This document shows, piece by piece, positions 1-11,622 of a stretch of DNA of 64,000 bases. Within the stretch, counting starts at the first letter, position 1. Each line of letters opens with the position of its first letter. The stretch is from Macrostomum lignano (lineage: Eukaryota). Position numbers and translations under genes: made by a program. The stretch lies in NCBI GenBank assembly GCA_002269645.1, contig NIVC01001097.1, positions 62,001 through 126,000 on the forward strand, in the 5' to 3' direction. The notes below the pieces were generated by a model. That model made no database searches. It had not been told where the DNA came from and worked only from the letters and a program-made list of their open reading frames with translations.

Positions 1-270
1 CGGCTGCGGTGGCGATATGTTGAGACTCATTCTGTTGGCTGTATCTCTGCTTGACTGTTGGGCTGCTGCTTGTTGGGACCCTCGCTGTGGGTCGCCAATC
101 GCACTTGCATTTGCGCCTTCTGTGCTGCGAGTTCGCGCTTGTGCTGAGTCACGCTGGCCCAAATCAATTGATTTCTCCGCGCGACGCCAAAATGTAGTGA
201 GCGAGAGACAAGCCAGTCAGGTTGAGCAAGGTATAACTGTACTTTTTGCCCATCCTTTCAGCTTTAAGCG

Positions 271-3117
271 ATGTCTGACCTGCCAGACACCTTCGACTAC
301 ATTGTCTGGGGCGCCGGCCTGTCTGAGTGCATCCTGTCCGCCGCCCTCACCAGGGCTGGGCACTCTGTACTGCACCTGGACAGCTGGCAGCAGTACGGCG
401 GTGCCTGGCAGTCGCCGACTCTGCGTGATCTCGAGTCTCAGCTGGCAGAGGTCGCGCCCGGCGCCCGCCTGGCCTGGGCTCAGCCGGCCGAGGCCGATGC
501 CTGGCGATCGAGGTCGCGCTATTTCTGCCTGGACCTGAGTCCGCGTCTCTGCTTCTGCCGGGGCGACACCGTGTCCGCGCTGCTGCAGTCTGACGTGTCC
601 CGCTACCTGGAGTTCCTGCCGGTGTCCGGGCTGTACACTGTCGACGAGGCCGGCTGTCTGGAGCGGGCGCCGGTACAGCGCGGGCAGCTGTTCCGCAGCG
701 ACAGGTACCTGCTAGTTAGCTAGTGCTCAGTGGACCCGTGTCTCAGTGCTCAGTGGACCCATGTCTCAGTGCTCAGTGGACCCGTGTCTCAGTTCTCAGT
801 AGACTCATGTCTCAGTGCTCAGTGGACCCATGTCTCAGTGCTCAGTGGACCCATGTCTCAGTGCTCAGTGGACCCATGTCTCAGTGCTCAGTAGACCCAT
901 GTCTCAGTTCTCAGTAGACTCATGTCTCAATGCTCAGTGGACCCATGTCTCAGTTCTCAGTAGACCCATGTCTCAGTGCTCAGTCGACCTTATGCAAGCA
1001 AGAGCCCTGCATTCTGTGTAATCCGCAACTCCGCCCCATCGCCAACTCCAGATTCTCGCTTGTGGAGAAGCTGCACTGCGGCCGCTTCGCCGAATTCTGC
1101 GTCTCCTGCCAGCCGGACCGGGACCTGGCGGACGCGGGCAGCTTCCCAGAGCTGCTGGCCCGTCACGGCCTCCGCTCTGGCCCGGCCCAGCGTCTCTTCG
1201 CCCTCGCCGTCGGCATGTCGCCTCCGGACTCACCAGCCGAGACCGTCGTGGCCGGCATTCGCCGATTCCTCGCCTCCTGCGGCGCCTACGGGCCCTCGCC
1301 TCTGCTGGTGCCGAAGTACGGCGCCTCCGAGATCTGCCAGGCCTTCAGCCGGCACGCCGCCGTCTGGGGCGCCGTCTTCCACCTGGGCGCCGATCCGGAC
1401 AGGCCACCGGCCGAGGCCCGGCGCCGCCTCATCGTCAGCGACCGCTTTGCCCAGTCTGGCTGGCTCGACCTCGGCCGGAAGCGCCGCCTGTTCAGGCAGA
1501 TTCTGGTCACCGACGGGTGCGTCTGCTGGTGCTGAGGCCCTTCCCGATCCTTCCGGGCACCTCTGCTGCCCTCTCTCCGATCCTTCAGGGCACCTCTGCT
1601 GCCCTCTCCGATCCTTCAGGGCACCTCTGCTGCCCTCTCCGATCCTTCAGGGCACCTCTGCTGCCCTTCCCGATTCTTCCGGGCACCTCTGCTGCCCTCT
1701 CCGATCCTTCCGGGCACCTCTGCTGCCCTTCCCGATCCTTCAGGGCACCTCTGCTGCCCTCTCCGATCCTTCCGGGCACCTCTGCTGCCCTTCCCGATCC
1801 TTCAGGGCACCTCTGCTGCCCTCTCCGATCCTTCAGGGCACCTCTGCTGCCCTTCCCGATCCTTCAGGGCACCTCTGCTGCCCTCTCCGATCCTTCAGGG
1901 CACCTCTGCTGCCCTTCCCGATCCTTCAGGGCACCCTGACTTACCCTGCCCTCGGCCAGCAGCTGTGCCTTCTATTCAATTTGACTGATATTGATGTCAC
2001 GTGATGTCGCCATGCTTTACACCTATCCGCTCGCAGTTCCTGGGCGCCCCGGTCGGAGGACCAGCAGGACGCTGACGAAGTCCGTCTAGCCGTCTGCATG
2101 CTGCCCGGCTTCACTCGGCCGCTTCTGGCGATGGAGCTGCCGCCCGAGACTGGCTGCTGCCCGACTGGCACCCGTGTTGTCCACCTGCTGCAGCCCTGCA
2201 GCCCGGGAGAGTCGCCGCCCACCGACTGCGTGCAGTGCGCGCTGGCGCCCTTCACCGGCCTGCGGTTTGAGCGGCTGCCCCCCTGCTGCCAGTGCGCGTC
2301 TGAGCCGACCGCCGCGAATCTACCAACTGAGACTGCTTTGGATAAGAATCTGGGGCAGAGTGACTCAACAGGTCAACCGGCCGACTCAGCGGGTCAACCA
2401 GCCGACTCAGCGGGTCAACCAGCCGACTCAGTGGGTCAACGAGCTGACTCTATGAGTCAAACGGCCGACTCAGTGAGTCAACCAGACGACTCAGTGGGTC
2501 AACTGGCCGACTCAGCGAGACAACCAGACGACTCAGTGGGTCAACCGGCCGACTCAGCAAGTCAACCAGCCAACTCAACGGGTCAACCGGCCGACTCAGC
2601 GATTCAGCCAGCCGACTCGGCGAGTCAATCAGCCGACTCAGCGGAACAACCAGCCGACTCATCGGGTCAACCGGCCGACTCAGCGGGTCAACCGGCCGAC
2701 TCAGCAGATCAACCGGCAGCAGCCGCCGATGACCAGCAGCCATTCCGCAAGCCCAGCTGCATTCTGTCGGTCTGCTTTGTCCAGGACGACCTGAGCGACT
2801 GCCTGAACCCCGGCGCCCTGCCGGACAATGTGACAGTCGTTCCGAGCCTCTATTCGGACTTCGACTTCGACGTGGCTTTCCAGCGGGCCAAGGAGCTGTT
2901 CGACGAGCTCTGCCCCGGCCAGGAGTTCCTGCCGCGGCCGCCGGACCAGGAGGACCTGGTGTTCGATCAGCCCGCCTCCGAGGCGCCGACAGTCAACGGC
3001 GACTGTGGCGAGGGCGAGAACGAGGGCGCGGCGGAGGCAGCCCCGCCTGCGGCGCCTGCTGCCGAGGTAACCCCCAACGGCGACTCCAGCGAAAGCCAGC
3101 CTGAGAACGCGCGCTGA
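271..3117 (+). CDS. CHM: Rab escort protein (REP/CHM-like, Rab GGTase component A); exons 271-704, 1052-1516, 2037-3117; 659 aa
   Basis: N-terminal GDI/REP motif FDYIVWGAGLSECILSAALTRAGHSVLHLD..YGG, DLSPRL, SDVSRYLEF, PKYGASEICQAFSRHAAVWGA, and REP-type C-terminus AKELFDELCPGQEFLPRPPDQED. GT/AG junctions join in phase (2,2) to give 1980 nt. Confidence 0.92.
721..985. repeat. 23-nt minisatellite (ctcagtgctcagtggacccatgt) in REP intron 1
   Basis: Direct tandem copies with period 23, starting ~15 nt after the donor at 705. Confidence 0.95.
1540..1935. repeat. 31-nt minisatellite (ccgatccttcagggcacctctgctgccctct) in REP intron 2
   Basis: About 12-13 tandem copies with period 31, beginning ~25 nt after the donor at 1517. 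Confidence 0.95.
2360..2722 (+). repeat. Coding 21-nt tandem repeat (7-aa unit ADSAGQP, ~17 copies) inside REP exon 3
   Basis: In-frame gccgactcagcgggtcaacca-type units; the frame is open throughout and flanked by REP-homologous sequence on both sides. Confidence 0.9.
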
Positions 3118-3469
3118 TTGTCATCGAGTTAATGCGAACAAATCATTGTACTAATGAGCCAATTATTCTGTAATATTAGCATCCATTTTCTCTATCCAGC
3201 CTTTGCAATTGTCGAATGCTTATATTGATATGTACTGGTTGGTGATTGGGCTGGAGTCCTGGCGCACAGTCGTGATAATCAATGATTTTGCTATTCAGAC
3301 TTATTTATGATGCCTTCGATTTCAGATTTATTCGGACTCGAGATGGCTTGTGAGCTAATTATTTTGAAAATGTATTAATAAAACCAAATGCGTCGGTCTG
3401 TCTTTATTTGCGCTATCGGATTCCATCATTTCTGATTTGCTTGCTATGGGAGCTGTGGAGACTTTGGTT

Positions 3470-4210
3470 GTGAATCTCCCTGCTTTGGATCAGTGAATCT
3501 CCTTGCTTTGGATCAGCGAATCTCCTTGCTTTGGATCAGTGAATCTCCTTGCTTTGGATCAGTGAATCTCCTTGCTTTGGATCAGCGAGTCTCCTTGCTT
3601 TGGATCAGCGAGTCTCCTTGCTTTGGATCAGTGAATCTCCTTGCTTTGGATCAGTGAATCTCCTTGCTTTGGATCAGTGAATCTCCTTGCTTTGGATCAG
3701 TGAATCTCCTTGCTTTGGATCAGTGAATCTCCTTGCTTTGGAGCAGCGAATCTCCTTGCTTTGGATCAGTGAATCTCCTTGCTTTGGATCAGTGAGTCTC
3801 CTTGCTTTGGATCAGTGAGTCTCCTTGCTTTGGATCAGCGAATGTCCTTGCTTTGGATCAGTGAGTCTCCTTGCTTTGGATCAGTGAGTCTCCTTGCTTT
3901 GGATCAGCGAGTCTCCTTGCTTTGGATCAGTGAGTCTCCTTGCTTTGAATCAGTGAGTCTCCTTGCTTGGGATCAGTGAATCTCCTTGCTTTGGATCAGT
4001 GAATCTCCTTGCTTTGAATCAGTGAGTCTCCTTGCTTTGGATCAGTGAGTCTCCTTGCTTTGGATCAGCGAATCTCCTTGCTTTGGATCAGCGAATGTCC
4101 TTTCTTTGGATCAGTGAGTCTCCTTGCTTTGGATCAGCGAATGTCCTTGTTTTGGATCAGCGAGTCTCCTTGCTTTGGATCAGCGAGTCTCCTTGCTTTG
4201 GATCAGTCAG
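3470..4210. repeat. 23-nt minisatellite (ttgctttggatcagtgaatctcc) between REP and GSTCD-like
   Basis: About 32 tandem copies; lies downstream of the REP AATAAA at 3377-3382. Confidence 0.95.
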
Positions 4211-4322
4211 CCAATTGCTATGCTAGTAGTGCAAGAAACAGTTTTCAAAGAACAAAATTGGTTGCAAGGTTAAAAAGGGCCGACCTCATTTTTCACCTGC
4301 TGCGAGCCACCGCCAGAGCCGC

Positions 4323-6812
4323 ATGGCAACTGCGTCATTGGCAACGTCGCTAACCTCCGTGGTTGCCATGGCGACACCCGGCGGCAGCAATGCGGAGTCT
4401 GCAGAGCGGCTGCTAGCCAAACTGAGCCTGGAGACTCCCGAGCAGCCCGATAGTTCCACTGCAGCACCACCGGTCGCTAAGGACGCCGATTCGGTTCCTA
4501 CGGACGCCGATTCGGTTCCTACGGACGCCGATTCGGTTCCTACGGACGCCGATTTGGTTCCTACGGACGCCGCTGTGCCGCTCGATCTCTACCTGGAATC
4601 TGACGAGTCCGGCCGCGCCCTGACTCTGCAGTCCAAAGCGGCGCTACTGATGGCGCTGTACCCGGAGCCCCGGCCCTGCCGAGTCCACCTGACTGGCGGC
4701 TCTGCTGATGAGGCTGAGGAGAAGCTGGCTGGCGAAGTCGTGCTCGTCCACGGCGGTGCCCGCAACCCCGGCACGGAGCTGCCGGCCCTGGCCTGTCCGG
4801 CCGTGCTGTACGCCGGCCTGCCTTCCGTTGTACGCGCCCTGGCAGAGCGGGGCGGCGCCGTCTGTCAGGCGCTGCTGGGGCCGCACAGCGTCTGCCTAAA
4901 GGCCTGCAAGGAGCGGTCGCGGTGGACCCGCCTATGCGAGCTGACCTGTCCCGGCCAGCTGGGCACCTGGGCGCTGCCGGGCTCCGACGATGCGCAGCCG
5001 CCCGCCTGCCTGGCGGACCTGGAGCTGGCGCTGGAGCGGCCGCGCTACAAGCCGAGGCCTTTTCTGGAGGGCAAGCGGCCTACTCTGGTGAGAATTCTGG
5101 AGTTATTTCCTACTCAAAGTAGTAAAGTACTCGTAGTTCAACGGTATCGCATCTGTCTCGTGCTGGAGTCGTTCTGGAGACCAAACCTCAAGGCTCAGAG
5201 TTGAAGCCTGCGTACGGATTGCTCGCATGCTCAGGGGCAGCCGGGCAGGGTATACAGCGGCCCTGACTTTATCACCGTCAGTTATGCTGCATCAGTCCCC
5301 TACTTTATTCTCCATTATCACCTTTGTCTTCGGGGGCCGTAGCCCAGTGGTCCAGCGAAAGTCGCGCGAGTTACCACTAAGAACCACTGAGTAGTCCTTG
5401 GTGGTTACCGCTGAGCTCCTCTGCCTCTCGTTCTCTGTATTGCGCTCAATAAGCGGTGTAAATTAAAATTTCCCAAAACTGTCCAATCCTAGGTGGACAT
5501 TCTCATTGTCTGCTACTTGCGCGACGTTGCCCGCAAGGCCAACCGGCCGCCCCTGCCGCTGGGGCATCGAACCGCGGACCTGCTGGCCAGACTGAGCGCC
5601 GATCCGGCCTTCGCCGCCGCCGCCGCCGTAACCGACAAGTTCGAAACCGAATACCGACCGGCCGCCGGGGACGCGCCGCGGCTCACCGACAAGCGGGCTC
5701 AGGTTGGGGTTTGCGGACTCCAATGCTTTTTAACATGCGTTTAAATTTTATGCACTAATATTTTTGCAGACTAATTCGCTTCAAAGGATACTGCTATCGC
5801 TACTAGTTAGTAGGCTGTAATGCGCATGTAAAATCTGCAATGTTTAAGGATGTTGCATTTTTGACGTGATGAACGTATTTTTATAGAAATTCTCAAGCTA
5901 ATTTTTCGCATCTTTAGTATATCCAGATCGCCTACTGAAAAGTAGCAAGTAAAGAGAATGTGAAACGAATCTCTTATGGCGTGTACCTCTCACATGTATT
6001 GTTTTTTAACCTCCGAAACCCCACAGGTGCCCGGTCTGTGCACCGAATCGCTGCGCCAGCTGCTGGACCGCCTGGAGCCGGCCGTGTCGCTGCCCTGGCA
6101 GCCGGAGGCCGAGGCTTCCCCGCTGCCGCCCCTGCCCGACTGGCTGGCTGCCGAGGTGCCGCCAGAGCGGGCGGCCCGCAAGCGGCAGCAGCTGGCCAGC
6201 CTGGCCGCCGACGTCCTGCCGTTGGCCCGGCCCGGTCACGTGATCGTGGACTTCTGCAGCGGCTCCGGTTACCTGGGCCTCCTGCTGGCGCACCTGCTGC
6301 CACAGTGCCGCATTGTGCTGGTGGAGAACAAGCTCGAGTCCCTGCAGTTCGCGCTGGACCGACTGGGCCAGCTCGGGCTCCCCAACGTGCGCATCGTGCA
6401 GAGCAACCTCTGCAACTTCCGGGCCGCCTTCGACATCGGCGTTGCCCTGCACGCCTGCGGCTCCGCCTCCGACCTGGTGCTGGAGGCCTGCGTCCGCGCC
6501 CGCGCCTCCTGCGTGCTGTCGCCCTGCTGCCACGGTGCCACTAAACCCGGCCCGGGCCTCGCCTATCCGCGCAGCTCCGCCGCCTCGGCAGCCGGCCTGG
6601 CCAGCCTGGAGCACGCGCAGCTGTGCCACGCCGCTGACCGAATCACCGGCCGGCAGTCCCGCCAGCTCTTGGCTAAGCGGGCCCTGCGGCTTCTGGACAG
6701 TGACCGGGCCCTGGCCATGCGGGAGGCCGGCTACGCCCGGGTGCGGCTGGCTCTGATGCGGCCGGACACCTGCTCGCCTAAGAACTCAATCCTGGTGGCC
6801 TGTCCGAGCTGA
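4323..6812 (+). CDS. GSTCD: GSTCD-like protein (GST C-terminal-like domain + class I SAM methyltransferase); exons 4323-5087, 5493-5702, 6027-6812; 586 aa
   Basis: The C-terminal block RAARKRQQL...IVDFCSGSGYLG...LVENKLESL...IGVALHACGSASD...SPCCHG...DSDRA...CSPKNSILV matches the GSTCD methyltransferase pattern. Both introns are phase 0 GT-AG. A 21-nt coding repeat (DADSVPT x4) lies at ~4482-4570. Confidence 0.9.
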
Positions 6813-7129
6813 GGTCCCGCCTGCTACCAGCCGGGATCAAGGCGCCATTAGACATAGAAAAGAGCATGAGTTAAATTTTTTTAAATGTGCTGCGTATCTG
6901 GCACCGTGCCAAATCATTGTGTCGTTGTAGTAATTGCATAACAAGTTCTGATCTGCAACACATTCAACTGTTTCCAGCTGTTTTAACTTCGACTTTGGAT
7001 TACATTGGCGATTCTGCGACATATTTGTTTCAATAAATTTGCTGCTCACGCTGTACTTCATGTGTACTTTTGCTTGTTTTGATAATCATTTTCAAAGTTG
7101 CTGCCTTTTTACAGTAGTACACGGTGCGG

Positions 7130-7380
7130 TAGACAGATGCGCAATAGCTAGATCTATTCTTTATATAGATGCATAGTTGGTAAATCTTTTTCTTAGATAG
7201 ATGCGTGGTAGGTAGATCTATTCAATAGATAGATGCACAGTGGGTAGATCTGTTCAGTAGATAGATTCACAGTGGGTAGATCTGTTCAGTAGATAGATGC
7301 GCACGAGGTAGATCTGTTCAGTAGTTAGATGCACAGTGGGTAGATCTGTTTAGTAGATAGATGTGCAGTGGATAGACAGA
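7130..7380. repeat. 32-nt minisatellite (gtagatctgttcagtagatagatgcacagtgg)
   Basis: About 7-8 degenerate tandem copies between the GSTCD polyA signal (7032) and the acceptor at 7415-7416. Confidence 0.9.
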
Positions 7381-7416
7381 TTTAATTACACTGCTGAACT
7401 ACCTGACGTTCCGCAG

Positions 7417-8843
7417 GCGGCGGCACCTGACCGGACGGCGACCGCGCAGCGGCAAAACATCAAAGGCTCCCCTGGCTACGTGGTGTACTACCACCACGGC
7501 CAGCGGGGCTCCCTGCCGCCCGGCGCGGTGCCGCTGAACCCCCAAGAGGTGCTGGATCGTCGGCACCACGCGGCGAATGCCTGGCGGCCCCGCGAGCAGG
7601 TCTGGTCGCTGCCGCTGCACGACTACGTCTGCGCCTACCCCACCCTGGTCAGCTCCGCCCTCATCGCCGGCAACCACCGGCTGATGCTCAGCCTGGGCGT
7701 GGCCAGGATGTCCTACTCGATGGCCTGCTGCATTTTCCCGACTTACATGCAGGTCTGCGGCTCGTGCTGGTCCCCGAGACTCTGCCCGTCTCCAAGTGAC
7801 CCCTGCCACTCTTTTTGTCACCCAGTGACCCCTGCCACTCTGTCCGTCACCCAGTGACCCCTGCCACTCTGCCCGTCACCCAGTGACCCCTGCCACTCTG
7901 TCCGTCACCCAGTGACCCCTGCCACTCTGCCCGTCACCCAGTGACCCCCGCCACTCTGTCCGTCACCCAGTGACCCCTGCCACTCTGTCCGTCACCCAGT
8001 GACCCCTGCCACTCTGTCCGTCACCCAGTGACCCCTGCCACTCTGCCCGTCACCCAGTGACCCCCGCCACTCTGCCCGTCTCCAAGTGACCCCCGCCACT
8101 CTGCCCGTCTCCAAGTGACCCCTGCCACTCTGCCCGTCTCCAAGTGACCCCTGCCACTCTGCCCGTCACCCAGTGACCCCCGCCACTCTGCCCGTCTCCA
8201 AGTGACCCCCGCCACTCTGCCCGTCTCCAGGTGACCCCTGCCACTCTGTCCGTCACCCAGTGACCCCTGCCACTCTGCCCGTCTCCAAGTGACCCCTGCC
8301 ACTCTGTCCGTCACCCAGTGACCCCTGCCACTCTGTCCGTCACCCAGTGACCCCTGCCGCTCTTCTTGTCACTCAACGGCACACCACCTGACTCCAACAA
8401 ACTGAATGTGCATCCCCCATCAACCCCAACCCGACCAGGTGATGGCGTCCAAGCAGATGCTGCTGAACAGCCTGCTGACGAACCCAATCCAGTGCCCTCC
8501 CTGCGTGATGCTGCGCGGCGCCGGCCTCGGCTTGGCCTTCGGCATCCTGATGCCCTATGTGTACAGCTTCTTCCTGCACTCCACTGCCGCGCGCATTCTG
8601 CAATCCGCGCCGGTGCCGGCAAACCTGACCGACTGGCGCCAGCAGTTTGCGCTGCTGCGCCGCCTGGTCACCGGGGAGAAGCGCCTGCTAGCCGTGCTGG
8701 CGCCCGCGGTGTCCATCTACGGCGCGTGGCTGGCCGACCGGATGCGGCGGCACAGCATCTTCCTGAACGACGCCAGCAGGCGGGCTCTGCAAGACCTGCC
8801 AAAGCAGCGGGGCGGCGGCTCGCAGGCGGAGGAGGCCGGCTGA
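7417..8843 (+). CDS. TMEM126: TMEM126-family mitochondrial membrane protein; exons 7417-7752, 8439-8843 (start codon not resolved)
   Basis: GNHRLMLSLGVARMSYSMACCIFP, IQCPPCVMLRGAGLGLAFGILMP (CxxC..R.G) and AARILQSAPVP resemble TMEM126A as recalled. Phase-0 GT-AG intron; AATAAA at 8866. Confidence 0.8.
7785..8360. repeat. 29-nt minisatellite (gtgacccctgccactctgtccgtcaccca) in the TMEM126-like intron
   Basis: About 20 tandem copies with period 29. Confidence 0.95.
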
Positions 8844-9708
8844 GAGTGCGGGCCATGGATGAAGGAATAAAAATGAATTGCTAATCTGAGCCAGTTTTTG
8901 CTGTCTTGCGGGATCTTCTGCTTGGCAGCATCCTTGTCATTGATAGGGGAATGTCTTCCCTTCTGAAAATGAGTTAAAATAAAATGCATTTGAATGAAAT
9001 GGAGTCAATAGCAGGTTGCGCAAAACAAAATTAACCGCTCAGACCGGATCTCAGTGCATTTTATTCCTTCCTCCATTGTCTATTGGGCTTCAAGGACAAT
9101 CTTGCTCGATGCACACCAGCCGGCTGCAGATGGTGCCTCGGGTTTCCCCCTCCCCCCAAGGGCGCAGCATTTGTTCCCCATTATTTTGTATTCTATTTTA
9201 GCGTTGAACCTTGATTTTAGGTTTTGTTCTGTTAGAAGTGCGCTGGAATCAAGTTACGCCACAAAGGTCAAATCCAAAGTCCACTGGGTATTATTAAGAG
9301 GCTATACAACGCATTTTAATACCAGTGGTCATTGGTCAGCTATTTGTGTCGGCTGCAGTAGTTTCATAGTTCATAGTAGCTTCATCTATTTTCTTATTGT
9401 GCACGCCAGCTCAGCCTGTGTTGCAAAATCATTTTGTTGCTGGCCGGTGCGTGCCGGCATACAGAGCTGCTGCTTTGTCGGCTTTGATCAGATTTTTGCC
9501 GTTTAGCCATTAATAAACTTGTCACTGTTGTCTTCTTGAGTTGCCTTCATCTGAGGCTGCGTTCGAGTAGCTTAAAAATGGCCTAAGGTGACTTAAAATG
9601 ACTTGTAATAATTATTCTACGTGTCTTTTGGCGTACTCAGTAATACAAAACAACTGACAAGATTTTAGATAACAAACTCCTTAAACAAGCTGTTTAAATA
9701 TTTTAGGC

Positions 9709-9772
9709 CAGGCGCTGGCAAAAATTTTTTCCTCAAGGGCCGGATGAAGGATCTAGCTCAAGCTCATGAGAC

Positions 9773-9870
<98 letters not shown>

Positions 9871-10053
9871 AGGTAGAAAGAATACAAGAGGAGAAAAGAG
9901 AGAGGAGACGAGAGAGGGTAGAGAGAAGAGAGGAGAAGAAGGGAGAGAGGAGACGCAAACCTTGGGCAGGCCGGATTGCTATTGTGAAGATTCAAAGGAC
10001 CCGAGGGCCGGATAGAGAGGCTTGATGGGCCGGCCGGAGTGTGCCGATCCCTA
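9709..10053. mobile_element. hAT (Charlie-like) MITE, 345 bp, carrying a (GA)n tract
   Basis: Imperfect TIRs CAGGCGCTGGCAA / GTGCCGATCCCTA resemble Charlie CAGGGGTCGGCAA ends. Perfect 8-bp TSD TTTTAGGC at 9701-9708 and 10054-10061; subterminal GGGCCGG motifs. Confidence 0.8.
9775..9865. repeat. (GA)n microsatellite
   Basis: About 45 GA dinucleotides followed by purine-rich low-complexity sequence. Confidence 0.97.
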
Positions 10054-10219
10054 TTTTAGGCTAATACTAATAAGATAGTCAGTCTAAACCGCTTTTCCGC
10101 TATGAATATTTGAGACTGTAAATTATAATAAATTGATAAGTGAAAAATTATAAATAGTTTGAAGCATACCGACATATATATTCGATATATTCGGTAGTAG
10201 TGAATACTAACGAACACTT

Positions 10220-11622
10220 GGTTACTGGTCAGATCGGTGACTAATCGGTGACAGCCTCAATCGACTCGGTAGCATCGCCGTAAATTGTATGTTTTGTTTT
10301 TCTCATTAAAACCAATTAAATCGATTTTGACTATGTACATTGCGAGGGTGTGCAATAAGTTTCCGGATGCACACAGTGGGAGGTGATCTACGCGATTTGG
10401 CATGGCTGGCATTATGTACATTGTGATTATATTCGTGCAATTTCAGACACATTCACTCTATGAAGCCTGTGCTGCACACATGAAATTAGCATGCCCCCCT
10501 AACACATGGAGCTCAACAGAGGCCATTGCATGGAGAACAATGATTTACATGGCTACAAAAGTGCTCTAAGGAAGCGGGAGAGTGAGTGGCCTTCAGCAAT
10601 GAATGACCTTCCAGGACCACGATTTCTGAGCAGTTTGCCCAATTTCGACGTGGCCGACGGAGTCTGGAGATTAAGATGAAGAGTGCAGCGGCGGGCCCAC
10701 CTCTGAAGCAAGCGAAGAGAATGTTGCTACCATTCGGGCCATGATTGAGAATGATGCCAGAGTAACTGCATGTGGCCCAGGTTTCTGCACGCTGGGTGTT
10801 GATCATCACCTGACGGAGGAGGAGCAAAAGGAGGCTCGGGTGGCGATCGTGCCATGCTATGCCATGCTCGACAGATTCGATGGTGGCCGCTCAGACTCTG
10901 TCTGGGAAATCGTCAGTGGCGACGAATCCTGGATCAGCGCAGCGTGGCAAAGCAGATGTTGGCCGTCTCTGTGACCAAAGCTGGTCATCCAGCGACCGTG
11001 CCACTTGCGCAGCAGCGCAGTCACTGGCAACTGGCGTACCAACTACTGCCTGCCAGAAGTGCTGAGTGCTCTCTCCAGTTTCCGCCCAAGGACTCGAGCT
11101 CGGGGTGTGCTTCTTCACGACAACGCCCCCGCCCACAAGTTCAGGCAAGTGGTCGAATTCCTGGCTGGAGAACGCATTCAAGATCTTGGCTATCCACCCT
11201 ACAGTCCAGACCTGACCCTGTGTAACTTAATTCTTTGTGTTTCCGCAAATCAACAAGCGGAAGATGCATGCGTGGTCGCCGAAGCTGCAGTCGAGGCCTT
11301 CATCGGGCATGTCGAGGAGGTGCCAATTTCAGAGTGGTCCAGCTGCTTTAACAAGTGGTTTTGGGAGGATGCAACAGCTCGCATTGAGTCTTGAGCACCT
11401 TGAAAAAATCTGTCAGTTCCTCTCTGGATAATAACTGGATAATAAATCTAAACTCAAAACTAAAAAACTATCATTTTATATGCAATGACATATGCGAACG
11501 GTGATGTCACTGATTCGACTAAGGCTGTCACCGACTAGACAAAATTTGACACCGAAGCATCTGAACTCACCGAAATACGCGGTTGTCACCGAAATGTATT
11601 GTCACCGATCTGACCAGTAACC
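10220..11622. mobile_element. Non-autonomous TIR DNA element with 9-bp TSD (Merlin/MULE-like), interrupted by a mariner relic
   Basis: Perfect 22-bp TIR GGTTACTGGTCAGATCGGTGAC (10220-10241, inverse at 11601-11622); imperfect 40-bp inner inverted repeat (10242-10281 vs ~11499-11538). Flanks CGAACACTT and CGAAAACTT match at 8/9. Confidence 0.7.
10343..11400 (+). pseudogene. Decayed mariner (Tc1/mariner) transposase with left-end ITR-like sequence
   Basis: Frameshifted fragments EENVATIRAMIENDARVT, IVSGDESWI, LLHDNAPAH and YPPYSPDL. The left end gcgagggtgtgcaataagtttccgga is mariner-like; no matching right ITR was seen. Confidence 0.88.

Noticed and set aside
17-538. 173-aa ORF with a signal-peptide-like start
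   Set aside because: It overlaps the well-supported REP exon 1 in another frame and has no recognisable homology.
7363-7416. ORF-track start (GTG) for the TMEM126-like protein
   Set aside because: It lies in the tail of a minisatellite upstream of a clear splice acceptor.
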